IMG/VR virus record: IMGVR_UViG_3300012352_000501 | Span: 1 to 31,006 of that record | From: a virus | Strand: one strand, 5' to 3' | DNA: 31,006 bases | Translations under genes and position numbers: made by a program | In this document: positions 30,617 to 31,006 of the stretch, in pieces | Layout: each line of letters begins with the position of its first letter | How positions within the stretch are numbered: the first letter of the stretch is position 1 | Notes under the pieces: generated by a model | Told to the model about the DNA's origin: nothing | The model's database searches: none | Seen by the model: the letters and a program-made list of their open reading frames with translations, nothing else

Positions 30617-31006
30617 TGTTTGTTTTGTTTTAATTTATTAATATACTCATTTTTAATTTCTACTGCTTGTTCAATTCTCGATTTCATTAGTTCTTGAACT
30701 TCTTCATCCGCTTCTAATTCGATAGTATGATAAAATTCGGTTCCATCGATTACTATATAGTTGAAGAAATAGGCTTTTTTCCTTCCTGTACACATCATCT
30801 GCATTTGCATTTGATAGTAATATGGTTTTGAAATTTCTTCTTCTGCCACTAGTCTAAAAAAGTTGCTATTTTTAGGGCATTTTATTTCTAAAATTGCATC
30901 TGTTCCAACTAATCCGTCTGGAGATGCGCCTGAGTTTTCGTCGTGTTCGAAAAAACTACAATTATGAACGTCTATAAATTCCAGTGATTTTAATTCTTTA
31001 AACTTT
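30607..31006 (-). CDS. YqaJ-like exonuclease, C-terminal part (same gene as 1..276)
   Basis: The frame is open upstream of the track ORF start. It reads ...FEHDENSGASPDGLVGTDAILEIKCPKNSNFFRLVAEEEISKPYYYQMQMQMMCTGRKKAYF..., with the SPDG, EIKCP and YxxQxQxQM motifs of the YqaJ/lambda-Exo fold. The whole gene is 621 nt (206 aa). Confidence 0.85.
   Translation of the reverse strand, partial: KFKELKSLEFIDVHNCSFFEHDENSGASPDGLVGTDAILEIKCPKNSNFFRLVAEEEISKPYYYQMQMQMMCTGRKKAYFFNYIVIDGTEFYHTIELEADEEVQELMKSRIEQAVEIKNEYINKLKQNKQWK
30952..31006. repeat. Terminal 55-nt exact direct repeat, copy 2
   Basis: Identical to 1..55. An open reading frame runs through it in phase with the other window end. Confidence 0.97.

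Noticed and set aside
1-31006. Stop-codon reassignment (as in some Bacteroidota phages), CRISPR arrays, transposases and integrases
   Set aside because: All large genes are uninterrupted under the standard code. No spaced repeats are present. No recombinase or transposase-like ORF is present.

Overview
The window is a complete, circularly closed genome of a tailed dsDNA phage. Bases 1..55 are identical to 30952..31006, so the unit length is 30,951 bp. The host is most likely a member of the Bacteroidota (Flavobacteriia-like). The evidence is AT-rich DNA, repeated TAnnTTTG-type -7 promoter boxes, no Shine-Dalgarno signals, a DUF3127 protein, a BT4734/VirE-type primase and a tail fibre with a peptidase-S74 chaperone domain. 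Layout: (i) A leftward operon (1013 -> 1, wrapping to 30951 -> 30344) encodes a small HTH-like protein, a 171-aa unknown, a YqaJ-like exonuclease split by the window junction, and a DUF3127 OB-fold protein. (ii) A rightward early/replication block (1127..9892) holds small proteins, a DUF3310 protein, an SF2 DEAH helicase with two zinc ribbons, a very AT-rich three-gene island carrying a divergent thymidylate-synthase-fold enzyme, a primase/NTPase, a VRR-NUC nuclease and many micro-ORFs. No DNA polymerase or integrase is present. (iii) Packaging and morphogenesis (9934..27446) run terS, two tRNA-like elements, terL, a gene with an apparent -1 frameshift extension, two gp10-like paralogues, large virion proteins, a tape-measure-like protein, an XkdF-type protease/scaffold, the capsid protein, a tail-tube-like protein, the portal and the tail fibres. 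(iv) A lysis cassette (27459..29036). (v) A stand-alone metallophosphoesterase gene between two terminators. The items most worth follow-up are the over-long tRNA-like pair with nested direct repeats between terS and terL, the ATG-less -1 frame extension at 12153..12769, the ThyA-fold enzyme carrying Asp at the Asn177 specificity position inside a compositional island, a long pseudoknot-capable hairpin upstream of the primase, two promoter classes (one apparently leaderless), and a recombination module with no recognisable annealing protein. All functional calls rest on motif recognition by eye; no database search was run.
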